DNA of 64,000 bases from a virus (taxonomy: Duplodnaviria; Caudoviricetes). Of the stretch, positions 1 to 8,514 are shown in pieces (within the stretch, counting starts at the first letter, position 1; each line of letters begins with the position of its first letter). The notes beneath the pieces were generated by a model. It was given only the letters and a program-made list of their open reading frames with translations. It searched no databases and was not told where the DNA came from. Location: positions 96,001 through 160,000 of IMG/VR virus record IMGVR_UViG_3300049988_000286; one strand, 5' to 3'. Both the position numbers and the translations under genes were made by a program.

Positions 1-909
1 CCCGGCAAGGCGGTCGCCGATGATATCACCCTCGTTCTGATGAACGTCGATCGCAAGACCGCGATGCGGCGCTGGAACATCTGGCGTGCAGAGAACCAAG
101 ACCTAAACGGTTACCGGGTGATCGTCACGCCGGGTCAGGAGGACGAATATCTCGAACGCGTCGGCGACATCGCGCACGTGCTACTCTCGGATACCCCCTT
201 GCCCACCCGCAAGGCGAAGATGCGCCTTCTCGGGGAGGAGCCTCGCTCCGTGCGCGACCGTCCCGAGCAGACCATCGATCTCAATACCGGCGGGTATTAT
301 CTTGTCACCCGCAATCTGCGGGTCATCCATCCCAGCATCGAAGATGAACACCTCAACGATGCCGACCTCGCCGGTTTGCAGCAGCGGCTACTCAAGAGCG
401 ATATCCCGGATGCAGACAAGATCGTCCTCGTGCCATGGTCGCGGCGACGGGAACTCGGCGACGGCTGGACCGATGCCGCGACGGTGATCGGTGCCGACTA
501 TGAGAAGCAGAAAGGAAGCGCGGCGTTCGCCGACATGTTGGAAGCAGCGCGGACATACCGGGCCTTCACAGCGGCGATGTTCAATCAGGGGGTTTGTTTC
601 ACCAGCCTCGCCCGTATCGCCCGCCATTGCGACGATGGCCCGGTGAGCGCCTTCGTGGCGGAGCGTGAGCGGTGTCGCAACGCCAGTGTCGAGGGAGCAC
701 CGTGGGAGATCGTTCAGCGAGTCTTCGATACCAACGCCACACAGGACATGGGTGAACGGCTTTCGCTGCAATGGGGCGAGCTATGCCGTCAGTTCCCGAT
801 GTTGATTGATTTGGTCAAACACCGGCATCGCTACGAGACAGTTGGAAATATTGTCGCCGAAGACGCCGCCCTGTATGTTAACGCGAAGCAAAAAGTATTG
901 ACTGTATAA
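1..909 (+). CDS. C-terminal part of probable rIIA-like protein (5' end outside window)
   Basis: Frame is open from position 1; lies directly upstream of an rIIB-like gene. Identity inferred from synteny only. Confidence 0.45.
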   Translation, partial: PGKAVADDITLVLMNVDRKTAMRRWNIWRAENQDLNGYRVIVTPGQEDEYLERVGDIAHVLLSDTPLPTRKAKMRLLGEEPRSVRDRPEQTIDLNTGGYYLVTRNLRVIHPSIEDEHLNDADLAGLQQRLLKSDIPDADKIVLVPWSRRRELGDGWTDAATVIGADYEKQKGSAAFADMLEAARTYRAFTAAMFNQGVCFTSLARIARHCDDGPVSAFVAERERCRNASVEGAPWEIVQRVFDTNATQDMGERLSLQWGELCRQFPMLIDLVKHRHRYETVGNIVAEDAALYVNAKQKVLTV

Positions 910-922
910 AAGGACTCTATCC

Positions 923-2137
923 ATGGTACCATTTTCAGGGATGATCACCCACGATGGGACGATCACCTTCACCCATAGCGACGGACGCATTCACAGCGTC
1001 TTGACTACTCACTCGCAGTACGGGCGTGTCAAGGATTTGCTCCGCTCGATGGCGGGCCAGCCCGATGACTCACCGATCCGCGACCAGTTGCTCGAACTCG
1101 CCCAGCCCGCGCGGCTGATCACGCGATCGACGCGTGGCCTCGTCACGGTCGAGAACAACCAAGTCCTTTATCGAGGTGTGCCGGTCCGCAACGTCGTGGC
1201 GGAACGCATCCTTTGGATGATCGGCGACGGCTTCGACGCTGCCCCCATGCTGGCCTTCTTGGAGAACGTGAAGGAGAACAGCAGCAACCGGGCGGTGGAG
1301 GAACTCTACCGCTTCATGGAAGCCGCGAAGATGGGGATTACCCGCGACGGTATGATCCTCGCCTATAAGCGCATTCGTGGCGACTACCGAGACATCTACA
1401 CCGGCGAGATGGACAACAGCGTCGGGGTCACCGTCGAAATGCCCCGCAACGAGGTCAACGACAATCCGAACGAGACATGCTCGAACGGGCTGCATGTCTG
1501 CTCGATGTCCTACCTGCCCCACTACGGCGCGGGGCCGGGCAACCGTGTGGTGATCTGCCGCATCCATCCCCGCGATGTTGTTTCGGTGCCGATCGATTAC
1601 GCGAACGCGAAGATGCGCGTGTGCCGCTACACGGTCATCGAGGAAGTGACCGACCAGATGCAGGACGTGCTGGCCTCGAAGCCGGTGTTCGAGCATGAGG
1701 AAGACGCAGACGAGGCGCAGTGGTCATGGGGCGACGATGACGAGGAACTCACCGAGATCGAGATTGATGACACGGATGAGATCGATGGGATCGCCGAGTT
1801 CTTCGGAGACGATGAAGAGCTTGAAGAGGCTGAAGAGCTTGAACAGGTTCTAGAGGTTGACAATAGCGCAGCCCCCACGGAGGTAAAAACGCCGATCCTC
1901 GACTTCACCGCCTTGGTAGCGCGAGTGACCCAAGTTGTTCTAGATTGTGCGAAGGATCAGCTAAAGGTCGAGCGCATCGATCCCAACCATGTGCTGCTCG
2001 ATCTCGGCGCTGACGATCTCGATGTAATCGAATTGGTCATGCTGGTAGAAGACGTGCTTAATGTCGAACTCGGCGATGAATGGGATGCCGACAAGACTGC
2101 CAATCACATCATCGACGCGGTATTGCAGCAGATGTAA
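923..2137 (+). CDS. rIIB: rIIB-like protein with acidic linker and C-terminal acyl-carrier-protein-like domain
   Basis: rIIB-type motifs FLENVKENSSNRAVEELYRF, ILAYKRIRGDY, VEMPRNEVNDNPNETCSNGLH; C-terminal DLGADDLDVIELVM resembles ACP. Confidence 0.8.
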   Translation: MVPFSGMITHDGTITFTHSDGRIHSVLTTHSQYGRVKDLLRSMAGQPDDSPIRDQLLELAQPARLITRSTRGLVTVENNQVLYRGVPVRNVVAERILWMIGDGFDAAPMLAFLENVKENSSNRAVEELYRFMEAAKMGITRDGMILAYKRIRGDYRDIYTGEMDNSVGVTVEMPRNEVNDNPNETCSNGLHVCSMSYLPHYGAGPGNRVVICRIHPRDVVSVPIDYANAKMRVCRYTVIEEVTDQMQDVLASKPVFEHEEDADEAQWSWGDDDEELTEIEIDDTDEIDGIAEFFGDDEELEEAEELEQVLEVDNSAAPTEVKTPILDFTALVARVTQVVLDCAKDQLKVERIDPNHVLLDLGADDLDVIELVMLVEDVLNVELGDEWDADKTANHIIDAVLQQM

Positions 2138-2143
2138 TGGGAC

Positions 2144-2171
2144 GGGGGAGCGGACGGCCCGCTCCCCCTTT
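2144..2171. terminator. GC-rich hairpin between convergent genes
   Basis: GGGGGAGCGG/CCGCTCCCCC 10-bp stem followed by TTT, between rIIB and cca. Confidence 0.7.
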
Positions 2172-3303
2172 ACACACCAAGCATGTCGGTTTTGCCCAGT
2201 GTGTAATCCGATTCGATCCAGCGGCGGCGCGCATCCTTCATCCAGCGGCCGATCTCGACACCGGTGATGCCGCGCTCGATCAGTTCATTGCCCGAGACCG
2301 GGAAAGCAGGTGCCTCCCACGTCTCGATAAAGCGTCGGGTCAGGTCATCACCCCGCGTGGCGAGCAGCGCCGTGATGATCTCCACCGGGATACCTTCTAC
2401 GATATCGCGCTTCGCATCTCCGATCCCATATGGGGTCAAGAGTTTACCGACGATGAACGCGGCGGTCTTCTGCTCGACTTTGCTCCACTTCCACCGCTGA
2501 CCCAGCGCGAGCACCTCCTCACCACCATAGACAGCCATCAGCGCGGCGGGATTGCGTGAAGTCAGCCGAGCCTTGTCGAGAGCCGAGATGTCACCCTCCG
2601 GTAGACCAATCACGCGGCCCACGCCCGAGATGTGGATGAGTTTCAGCACCCTGTCAGCGTTCGGTCCCGCGATGATCTTCGAAATCTCCGCCCAGACACG
2701 CTCGACGCTGATCTGACGCAGATTGGGAGCCGCACGGGTGATCGCCCGCATCGCATCATAATCATTCAGGGGATCACCGAAGCGACCGTAGAAGCGGAAC
2801 CAGCGCAGCGCGCGAAGGTAATCCTCCGCGAGTCGCTCATCGGCATCGCCGACAAAGCGCACCCGTCCCGCTTCTACATCCGCGACACCACCGTGGGGAT
2901 CGAACATCGTGCCATCGAGCGCCATCGCGATGGCGTTCATGGTCAGGTCACGACGCCGCAGATCGTCACGCAGATCAAGGGTGTACTCGACGGTTGCGTG
3001 CCGACCATCGGTCTCGCGATCGATACGGTAGGTAGTGATCTCGTAGGGGATGCGATCGATCACGACAGTGATGGTGCCGTGGGCGAGCCCCGTCGCAACA
3101 TAGTTGTAGCCATGCTGCTCGTAGAGGGCGATCTGCTGATCCGGCGTCGCCGATGTGGTGAGATCGATGTCCTTGGGCGTGATGCCCAGAATGGAATCAC
3201 GTACGCAACCCCCGACAAGCCAAAGCTCGTATCCGGCTTCGACAAACCGCGCGTGCAGTTCATCAATTTCGGGCGGGAGGTTGAGAATATTGCGGTGGCT
3301 CAT
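2170..3303 (-). CDS. cca: CCA-adding tRNA nucleotidyltransferase / poly(A) polymerase family
   Basis: VGGCVRD, DIDL, EITTYR, DLRRRDLTMNAIA, RFVGDADERLAEDYLRALRWFRF class II NTase motifs. Confidence 0.92.
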   Translation of the reverse strand: MSHRNILNLPPEIDELHARFVEAGYELWLVGGCVRDSILGITPKDIDLTTSATPDQQIALYEQHGYNYVATGLAHGTITVVIDRIPYEITTYRIDRETDGRHATVEYTLDLRDDLRRRDLTMNAIAMALDGTMFDPHGGVADVEAGRVRFVGDADERLAEDYLRALRWFRFYGRFGDPLNDYDAMRAITRAAPNLRQISVERVWAEISKIIAGPNADRVLKLIHISGVGRVIGLPEGDISALDKARLTSRNPAALMAVYGGEEVLALGQRWKWSKVEQKTAAFIVGKLLTPYGIGDAKRDIVEGIPVEIITALLATRGDDLTRRFIETWEAPAFPVSGNELIERGITGVEIGRWMKDARRRWIESDYTLGKTDMLGV

Positions 3304-3347
3304 ACGGGTCTCTTACAGTCAAGCATCGAACTTGTCTAGAGATTTTT

Positions 3348-3962
3348 ATGCCCAAGAAGAAGACCCTCGCCTTCGATCGTAAAACTCGCCGTGCCCTCAA
3401 GGCATTCGTGCGCCCCCGCGCGCAAGATTGTGCGGATGAAAAGCCAATGCCAACCAAGACGAAGAAGCGTGTAAATTTCGGTAAGACAACCGCCGGAGCC
3501 AATTCAGCTACCAGCTATGAGCAAATCCTCTTGCCGCGTATCACCACGGACATCCTCGTCCACCCCTATGATACCCAGACCTTCGGGCACATGCACCTTA
3601 CGGTCTTCGCGCATCTATTCCCAAAGATCGACTACATTTTTGTGACGCGGCGCACAAAGGAGATCAGCAATGGCTATGAGGAGTCCTTGCAGCAGCTTGG
3701 CTTCTTCTCCGCGCGCGACTACGACACTTTCACGGATTGGCTAGAGGGATATCTGAAGAAATTCGGCCCGTGTACCGGTCATGCCTACCCGCCACCGATT
3801 GACGGTCACTACCCCTTCCATGCTCCGAGCAAGCCGCACAAGAGCTACGAGGAAGAGTGGCTGTGGATCATCGACAATTGCGCCGGTGAGGTCCGTCACG
3901 GTTCGAACCTCTGGCTGTTCGCCGACGAGGACGATGCTTGCCTATTCGAGTTGTGGAAGTGA
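3348..3962 (+). CDS. hypothetical protein with C-terminal W...F..EDDA..F.L domain
   Basis: 204-aa ORF ending WLFADEDDACLFELWK, the motif of the expanded small-protein family. Confidence 0.7.
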   Translation: MPKKKTLAFDRKTRRALKAFVRPRAQDCADEKPMPTKTKKRVNFGKTTAGANSATSYEQILLPRITTDILVHPYDTQTFGHMHLTVFAHLFPKIDYIFVTRRTKEISNGYEESLQQLGFFSARDYDTFTDWLEGYLKKFGPCTGHAYPPPIDGHYPFHAPSKPHKSYEEEWLWIIDNCAGEVRHGSNLWLFADEDDACLFELWK

Positions 3963-4453
3963 AGCCGGGGCTAGGGGCAGGTAGACGATCCTGCACGATG
4001 CTCATCGGACCGCCCGCGAGTGGAAAATCGACTTGGCGTGCGCGCGATACTACCAACGCAATCGTGATTAGTGGCGACGACATGATTGAGGAAGAGTGTC
4101 GGCGAACAGGGCTCACCTATGCGGAGGTCTTCCCCACGGTGTGCTTCAAGACACAGAAGCGTGCCCTGCATGAGCATTTCCAAGATGCGATCTTCAATCA
4201 CCGCAACATCATCATTGACCGTACCAATCTGACGATCAAGTCTCGGCGAAGCTTTCTCGCTTCGCTGCCACGCAGCTATGAGCGTATCGCGATTGTGTTC
4301 ACTGTCACGCCCTCGGTGTTGTTTGAACGATTGGAGCGACGCGGACAAGAGACTGGCAAGATCATCCCGCGCGAGGTAGTCGAGGACATGATGGCTCGAC
4401 TACAACCCCCAACGCGGGATGAGTTCGACACTATTGTAGAACTGAAAGACTAA
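3938..4453 (+). CDS. P-loop kinase (AAA_33 / polynucleotide-kinase-like)
   Basis: GPPASGKST Walker A, IIIDRTN, terminal PPTRDEFD. Confidence 0.8.
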   Translation: MPIRVVEVKPGLGAGRRSCTMLIGPPASGKSTWRARDTTNAIVISGDDMIEEECRRTGLTYAEVFPTVCFKTQKRALHEHFQDAIFNHRNIIIDRTNLTIKSRRSFLASLPRSYERIAIVFTVTPSVLFERLERRGQETGKIIPREVVEDMMARLQPPTRDEFDTIVELKD

Positions 4454-4599
4454 CGCCCTCGGTTAAGTGGCGATCTGTTCCTTCAACGCTAGCTTCTTCT
4501 TCTTGAGGGTTCGGATAAGCATCTCATCAGGCATGGGTCGCATCTCCTCTGCGCGAATTTCTTCATCGATCTTCGCGTGGCGATCGGCGAGGCTCGACT

Positions 4600-6231
4600 G
4601 TGATGCCATTGGTTGTCATCCCTTCCATGTCAGACCCGGTGTGGGCGAGATCGGGATATCTCGCCCACCCAGTGATGCAAAGATGCCTTGCATCATTTCC
4701 GAACTCTGCTATGTCGATGGTGTCATATCAGGGGTTCGCGATGTACTACGGTATCAAAATCGATTCAACGATCTACGTCACCGCCGCGACCGATCTGGCG
4801 GTCTTCCAAGAGATCGAGATCGATATCACCGATGGTGTGATCCGGGCCGAGCCCTGCGACATGGTGGAGATGTTCACGGAGCCGCTCCTCAAGGACTTCA
4901 CCCTCGCGCCCTTCGTCATCGAGTGCGCCACCGGCACGGTGGCTGATGCGGTCGCGTCGTCGAAAATGATCGCGATTCAATCACCGAGCGAAGCCCGCAA
5001 TACGCAGGACCACATGATGGAACTCGCGCGCCTCAAGGCCGAGTTCGATCAGCCCAAGGATCGCCGCACGCTCGCCGAAATCCATGGCTTCGACGACAAC
5101 GCGGACTGGGACAAACGCTCGGATGCCGAGAAGGAGGCGAGCCGCAAGCAGGACGAGAAGATGCGCGAGGTTCGTGCGGCGGGCGGTCTCACCAGCGGCA
5201 GCTTCGAGAGCACCGATACCGAGAACCTGAAAATCCACGGTGTCTCCACGGTTATCGATGCCGACAAGAACATCGTCTCGGCGTCGGTGAATGCGAGCAA
5301 GAACACCATGTCGCTCTATCGCCTGACCGTCGAGGGCGATGCCGTCGATTTCAACGCGATCTTCGACGACATCGGTCTGCCCGAGAATCGCGTCAAGGAA
5401 CAGGAAGCCAACCACGCGGTGATCAAGCTGCATGATCACCAGATCGAGCGGCTGACCGAGACGCTGGAACGCTTCCGGATGGTCTTCACGATTAACAAGG
5501 TCGGGGAAGGCGAGGAGGAGAGCGACGAGGGTGATCTCATCACCGGTCACGAGAACGTCAATGTCTTCTGGTCGGTTCAGATCGATCACCAGACCGTCTC
5601 CAAGGTGTCGCCGATCCTTCTCGCGGCCGGGCTGGATCAGAACCTCGTGGTGCTGATGCGCAATGCGGGACCGGGCTGCTGGTACGCTTTTCTGCGCGAG
5701 AGCGATGCCAAGGACGCCGCCGGGGCGCTCAAGGACGCCGGGATCGCGTCCGAGATCATTGCCGTCAACCGGCGTGGACAATCGATTTTCTCCGGCACTG
5801 GTGCGGGTGCGCGGATCGTCGATCGCCACGTCGAGGATGTCGTGGAGCCGCGTCCGTGGAACGATCGCGCCCATGAGATCGACGCGATGACCGACGAGCA
5901 GAAGGCGGAGTTGATGAAGGGGGTGAAGACCTCGGAGTTCATCGTCACCGTCGAGAGCACGCCGCGCTACAAGGCGCTGGTGCGCGTCCAGCCGGAAAGC
6001 TATTTCCGCGCGCATGATGCCTTGTGGGAGGCTCCCCTCCATATCGACAAGATGGTGGCGGAGCATGTCCTCAAGCCGATCGAGGGGGCGATCAACGCCT
6101 ATTCGTGCTCGGCTTTCGACGCCCAGTTGCTCAAGGACAATCTGATGCGCTGGGGGTTCATCGACTCGCTGTTGCTCCGGATGCACTTCAACGACCTTGA
6201 GTCGGAGATGAAGGCGGAGTTGTACTCCTGA
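4600..6231 (+). CDS. hypothetical protein (543 aa)
   Basis: Long ORF with strong GC3 codon bias; no recognised motif. Confidence 0.7.
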   Translation: MMPLVVIPSMSDPVWARSGYLAHPVMQRCLASFPNSAMSMVSYQGFAMYYGIKIDSTIYVTAATDLAVFQEIEIDITDGVIRAEPCDMVEMFTEPLLKDFTLAPFVIECATGTVADAVASSKMIAIQSPSEARNTQDHMMELARLKAEFDQPKDRRTLAEIHGFDDNADWDKRSDAEKEASRKQDEKMREVRAAGGLTSGSFESTDTENLKIHGVSTVIDADKNIVSASVNASKNTMSLYRLTVEGDAVDFNAIFDDIGLPENRVKEQEANHAVIKLHDHQIERLTETLERFRMVFTINKVGEGEEESDEGDLITGHENVNVFWSVQIDHQTVSKVSPILLAAGLDQNLVVLMRNAGPGCWYAFLRESDAKDAAGALKDAGIASEIIAVNRRGQSIFSGTGAGARIVDRHVEDVVEPRPWNDRAHEIDAMTDEQKAELMKGVKTSEFIVTVESTPRYKALVRVQPESYFRAHDALWEAPLHIDKMVAEHVLKPIEGAINAYSCSAFDAQLLKDNLMRWGFIDSLLLRMHFNDLESEMKAELYS

Positions 6232-6237
6232 CTTTGT

Positions 6238-6314
6238 GCTCGTGTGGCTGAAATGGGAATGGCTACGGACACTAAATCCGTAAGATGTGGGTTCGATCCC
6301 CACGGCGAGCGCCA
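6238..6314 (+). tRNA. tRNA with CUA (amber) anticodon, atypical A33 and G7:G66 mismatch
   Basis: Cloverleaf: acceptor GCTCGTG/GGCGAGC, anticodon stem ACGGA/TCCGT with loop CACTAAA, T arm GTGGG-TTCGATC-CCCAC, encoded CCA. Confidence 0.8.
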
Positions 6315-6506
6315 ATGAATCAAGCAGAGAGCATAGCAGAGGTGAGAGGCGGTTGGATGATCTACTTCCGACTGCCGATCACCACTACCGAACCATTGAA
6401 CGACTGGCTGGCCGAGAACATCAAGGACGCCTTCGATGTCCGCTACGGCGCTGTCATGTTCAAGTCCAAGGAAGACGCGTCGCTGTGCTACCTGCGATGG
6501 AGGTGA
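6315..6506 (+). CDS. small protein, tandem paralog 1
   Basis: Ends MFKSKEDASLCYLRWR; WLAEN motif. Confidence 0.7.
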   Translation: MNQAESIAEVRGGWMIYFRLPITTTEPLNDWLAENIKDAFDVRYGAVMFKSKEDASLCYLRWR

Positions 6507-6703
6507 GGGCCGATCGCGTTGTAGATTTGAGACCAGCACATGAGGGCTGGTTCGTCTTCTTCTCCGGCCCCTTTTACGAGCAGCGGAATCAGATCATTGG
6601 ATGGTTGTGGGCCAACATCGAGGGGAAGTTTTCAGGCCGCATCCTCGGAGTTTGGTTCGAGAATGAGGACGAGGCGCGTCTTTGCTTTCTACGGTGGGCG
6701 TGA
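6497..6703 (+). CDS. small protein, tandem paralog 2
   Basis: Ends WFENEDEARLCFLRWA. Confidence 0.7.
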   Translation: MEVRADRVVDLRPAHEGWFVFFSGPFYEQRNQIIGWLWANIEGKFSGRILGVWFENEDEARLCFLRWA

Positions 6704-6750
6704 TATCGCGGAACCCACGGAGCAGATGCCGCTCCCCGGTATTCCAGACA

Positions 6751-6948
6751 ATGACCAAGACGCGTGCTACCTCGGTGCACCCCGAGCACGGTAAGTGGGT
6801 GGTGGAATTCGATCGGTGGATGTGGGACGACGATCCCATTCATACATGGTGTCGCACCGGCAGTGTTTATGCGGTCAAGACAATGAGCCGCGCTGTTGTA
6901 TTCGATGATGAGGAGGACGCCCGGATATGCTTTCTCCGATGGGTGTAA
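6751..6948 (+). CDS. small protein, tandem paralog 3
   Basis: Ends VFDDEEDARICFLRWV. Confidence 0.7.
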   Translation: MTKTRATSVHPEHGKWVVEFDRWMWDDDPIHTWCRTGSVYAVKTMSRAVVFDDEEDARICFLRWV

Positions 6949-6962
6949 GGCGCGCCACCTCG

Positions 6963-7148
6963 ATGCTTGAACTCGACGGCTTCTGGCGCGTCTACTTTCC
7001 CTCCTACGCGCTGGGGGGTGGTGAGGCGCGATCAATCACCTTCCGGTGGTGCCGAGATCATGCCCATGGGAAGTTCGTGGTCAAACGCTCGCACATCAGG
7101 TTCACTGTAGAGGAAGATGCGCTACTGTGCTGGCTGGCCTTTCGCTAA
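6963..7148 (+). CDS. small protein, tandem paralog 4
   Basis: Ends RFTVEEDALLCWLAFR. Confidence 0.7.
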   Translation: MLELDGFWRVYFPSYALGGGEARSITFRWCRDHAHGKFVVKRSHIRFTVEEDALLCWLAFR

Positions 7149-7330
7149 ACCGCGCCAAGCACCGCCGTGGGCGCGCTGTCGAGTTTGAAAAAGCGTTCAC
7201 CGTTCACGAACGACGCTTCGTTCAGGATTGGCTCGAAAACAATTCACAGGGGCGGGGCAACGTCCTCACCCGGCGCGTGCTGCTCGATGATGAGAACGAC
7301 GCCGTGGCATTCTTTATCGCGGCGGCGTGA
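7127..7330 (+). CDS. small protein, tandem paralog 5
   Basis: GTG start after GAGGAAG; WLENN ... LLDDENDAVAFFIAAA. Confidence 0.6.
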   Translation: MLAGLSLNRAKHRRGRAVEFEKAFTVHERRFVQDWLENNSQGRGNVLTRRVLLDDENDAVAFFIAAA

Positions 7331-7840
7331 TCAGGCGGCGAGCGCTTCCTCGATCCGAGGGAAGAGCGCCATGTATTCGGTGCAGAACCGCGACCACTCC
7401 GGGGTCATGTCCGACATGGCGAGATGGAGGTTGCGATCGTGGATGAGCCAGCGAATCACCAACACGGGAACAAGCCGTTCGTCCAGCCGCTCTAAAATCT
7501 CGCGGGTGGGTGCCTGAAGGCCTCGGCACAGACGCTCCGATAGCTGGGGCTGTAACTGCCGCGCGTCCTCGGCGGAGATGCTGGTGGGGTATTCCTCAAG
7601 GAGGAATTGCAGCAGGTTGTTGAAGGTAGTCGTCACTGCGGCACGCAGATTGATCGAGGTGCCCAGCGCACCGGCATCGATGCGCGAAAGCGTATCGACC
7701 TTCGACAGAAGGATTTCGGTCCGGTCCATGGCAGCGGCCCCCGTAGCGTTTCGTTTCACTAGCATAAGCCGCCATAACCGACAAGCACCGAAACGGTTGC
7801 ATCGTGTGTGGACATAAATAGCAGGATTTAATTTTGACAC
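7331..7840 (-). CDS. hypothetical protein (true start probably downstream, near 7728)
   Basis: ORF track; helical-looking sequence from MDRTEILL. Confidence 0.55.
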   Translation of the reverse strand: MSKLNPAIYVHTRCNRFGACRLWRLMLVKRNATGAAAMDRTEILLSKVDTLSRIDAGALGTSINLRAAVTTTFNNLLQFLLEEYPTSISAEDARQLQPQLSERLCRGLQAPTREILERLDERLVPVLVIRWLIHDRNLHLAMSDMTPEWSRFCTEYMALFPRIEEALAA

Positions 7841-7863
7841 GAATCGATTCGGGATTCTACAAC
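7815..7863 (+). promoter_or_regulatory. TAAATA box (7815-7820) plus sigma70-like TTGACA-N18-TACAAC upstream of ncRNA candidate
   Basis: Motifs read directly: TTGACA 7834-7839, TACAAC 7858-7863. Confidence 0.5.
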
Positions 7864-7874
7864 AGGACTCATAA

Positions 7875-8376
7875 TACTCATGGCGTTATCGGGAGTCGCC
7901 ACCCCAACAACCCCAATGGACTTTGTAGGTGGCAGAGATGTCGCCGTGTTCCGGGCAGGGAAGCGGAGAGTAGCCGACCGGGAAGTGTTGCCGGGTAACA
8001 AGAGACACTAGAAAGAGGAGAGCCATGTCTTACTGACAACTCTCCGTGTTTGTCCAGTCAAGAACCATGCGGCTGGCAAACAAGCTTCTCCACACGAGAT
8101 AACCGTCGAGACCCGAAAGGGTCTGGGAAGGGCAGTAATGCAGGGTCACGGGCGACCACCTGCTAGGCTATAGACGCCGAAGCTGCTAGCGTGGCCATCA
8201 GAGACTCATAGGAATGATGTGCCTTCCCCCCGCTGGGTAGTTTGTCAGATCGATGATCTGTGCGCGTATTTCGCGAGCAAGCTAGTCAGCGGGGGGATAA
8301 AGTTCATCTCGATCTATAGGAATGATATTCATTTCTGTAAGCCATTATTAGCGAATTATCCCCGATAACGAGTGAG
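7875..8376 (+). ncRNA. candidate large structured non-coding RNA
   Basis: ORF-free ~500 nt; closing helix CGTTATCGGG (7884-7893)/CCCGATAACG (8361-8370); many nested stems; GNRA tetraloops; G-U pairs favour the + strand. Confidence 0.7.
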
Positions 8377-8402
8377 CCCGCGAACGAGTGAAGGGGTAAT
8401 TC

Positions 8403-8426
8403 AGGAGAGTGCCGTGGCACTCTCCT
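8403..8426. other. strong hairpin AGGAGAGTGCC-GT-GGCACTCTCCT
   Basis: 11-bp inverted repeat just 3' of the ncRNA candidate. Confidence 0.6.
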
Positions 8427-8514
8427 CCCAGTCAAGGTCTACAACACCTTGCAGGAACTACGGCAGACTAGACGGCGGATCGTTAATCCGACGCCATATT
8501 GATTTTGGAAGACA

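Noticed and set aside
6238-6314. Calling this a true pyrrolysine tRNA
   Set aside because: Only the anticodon arm resembles it; D loop, variable loop and TTC T loop are canonical in size, and no pyl genes are in the window.
4981-6315. 444-aa minus-strand ORF, and similar long antisense ORFs (1070-1696, 20138-21091, 22170-22952, 40403-41857, 53031-53783, 60908-61639)
   Set aside because: Shadow ORFs produced by GC3-biased codons of real genes on the other strand; no motifs, and this one runs through the tRNA.
8195-8212. TCAGAGACT resembling the group I intron R element
   Set aside because: No matching S element or P7 partner found and no interrupted host gene flanks the region; kept only as a generic structured RNA.
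7875-8376. tmRNA or RNase P identity for the structured RNA
   Set aside because: No tRNA-like acceptor/T arm with CCA end and no GAGGAAAGUCC-type P4 signature seen.
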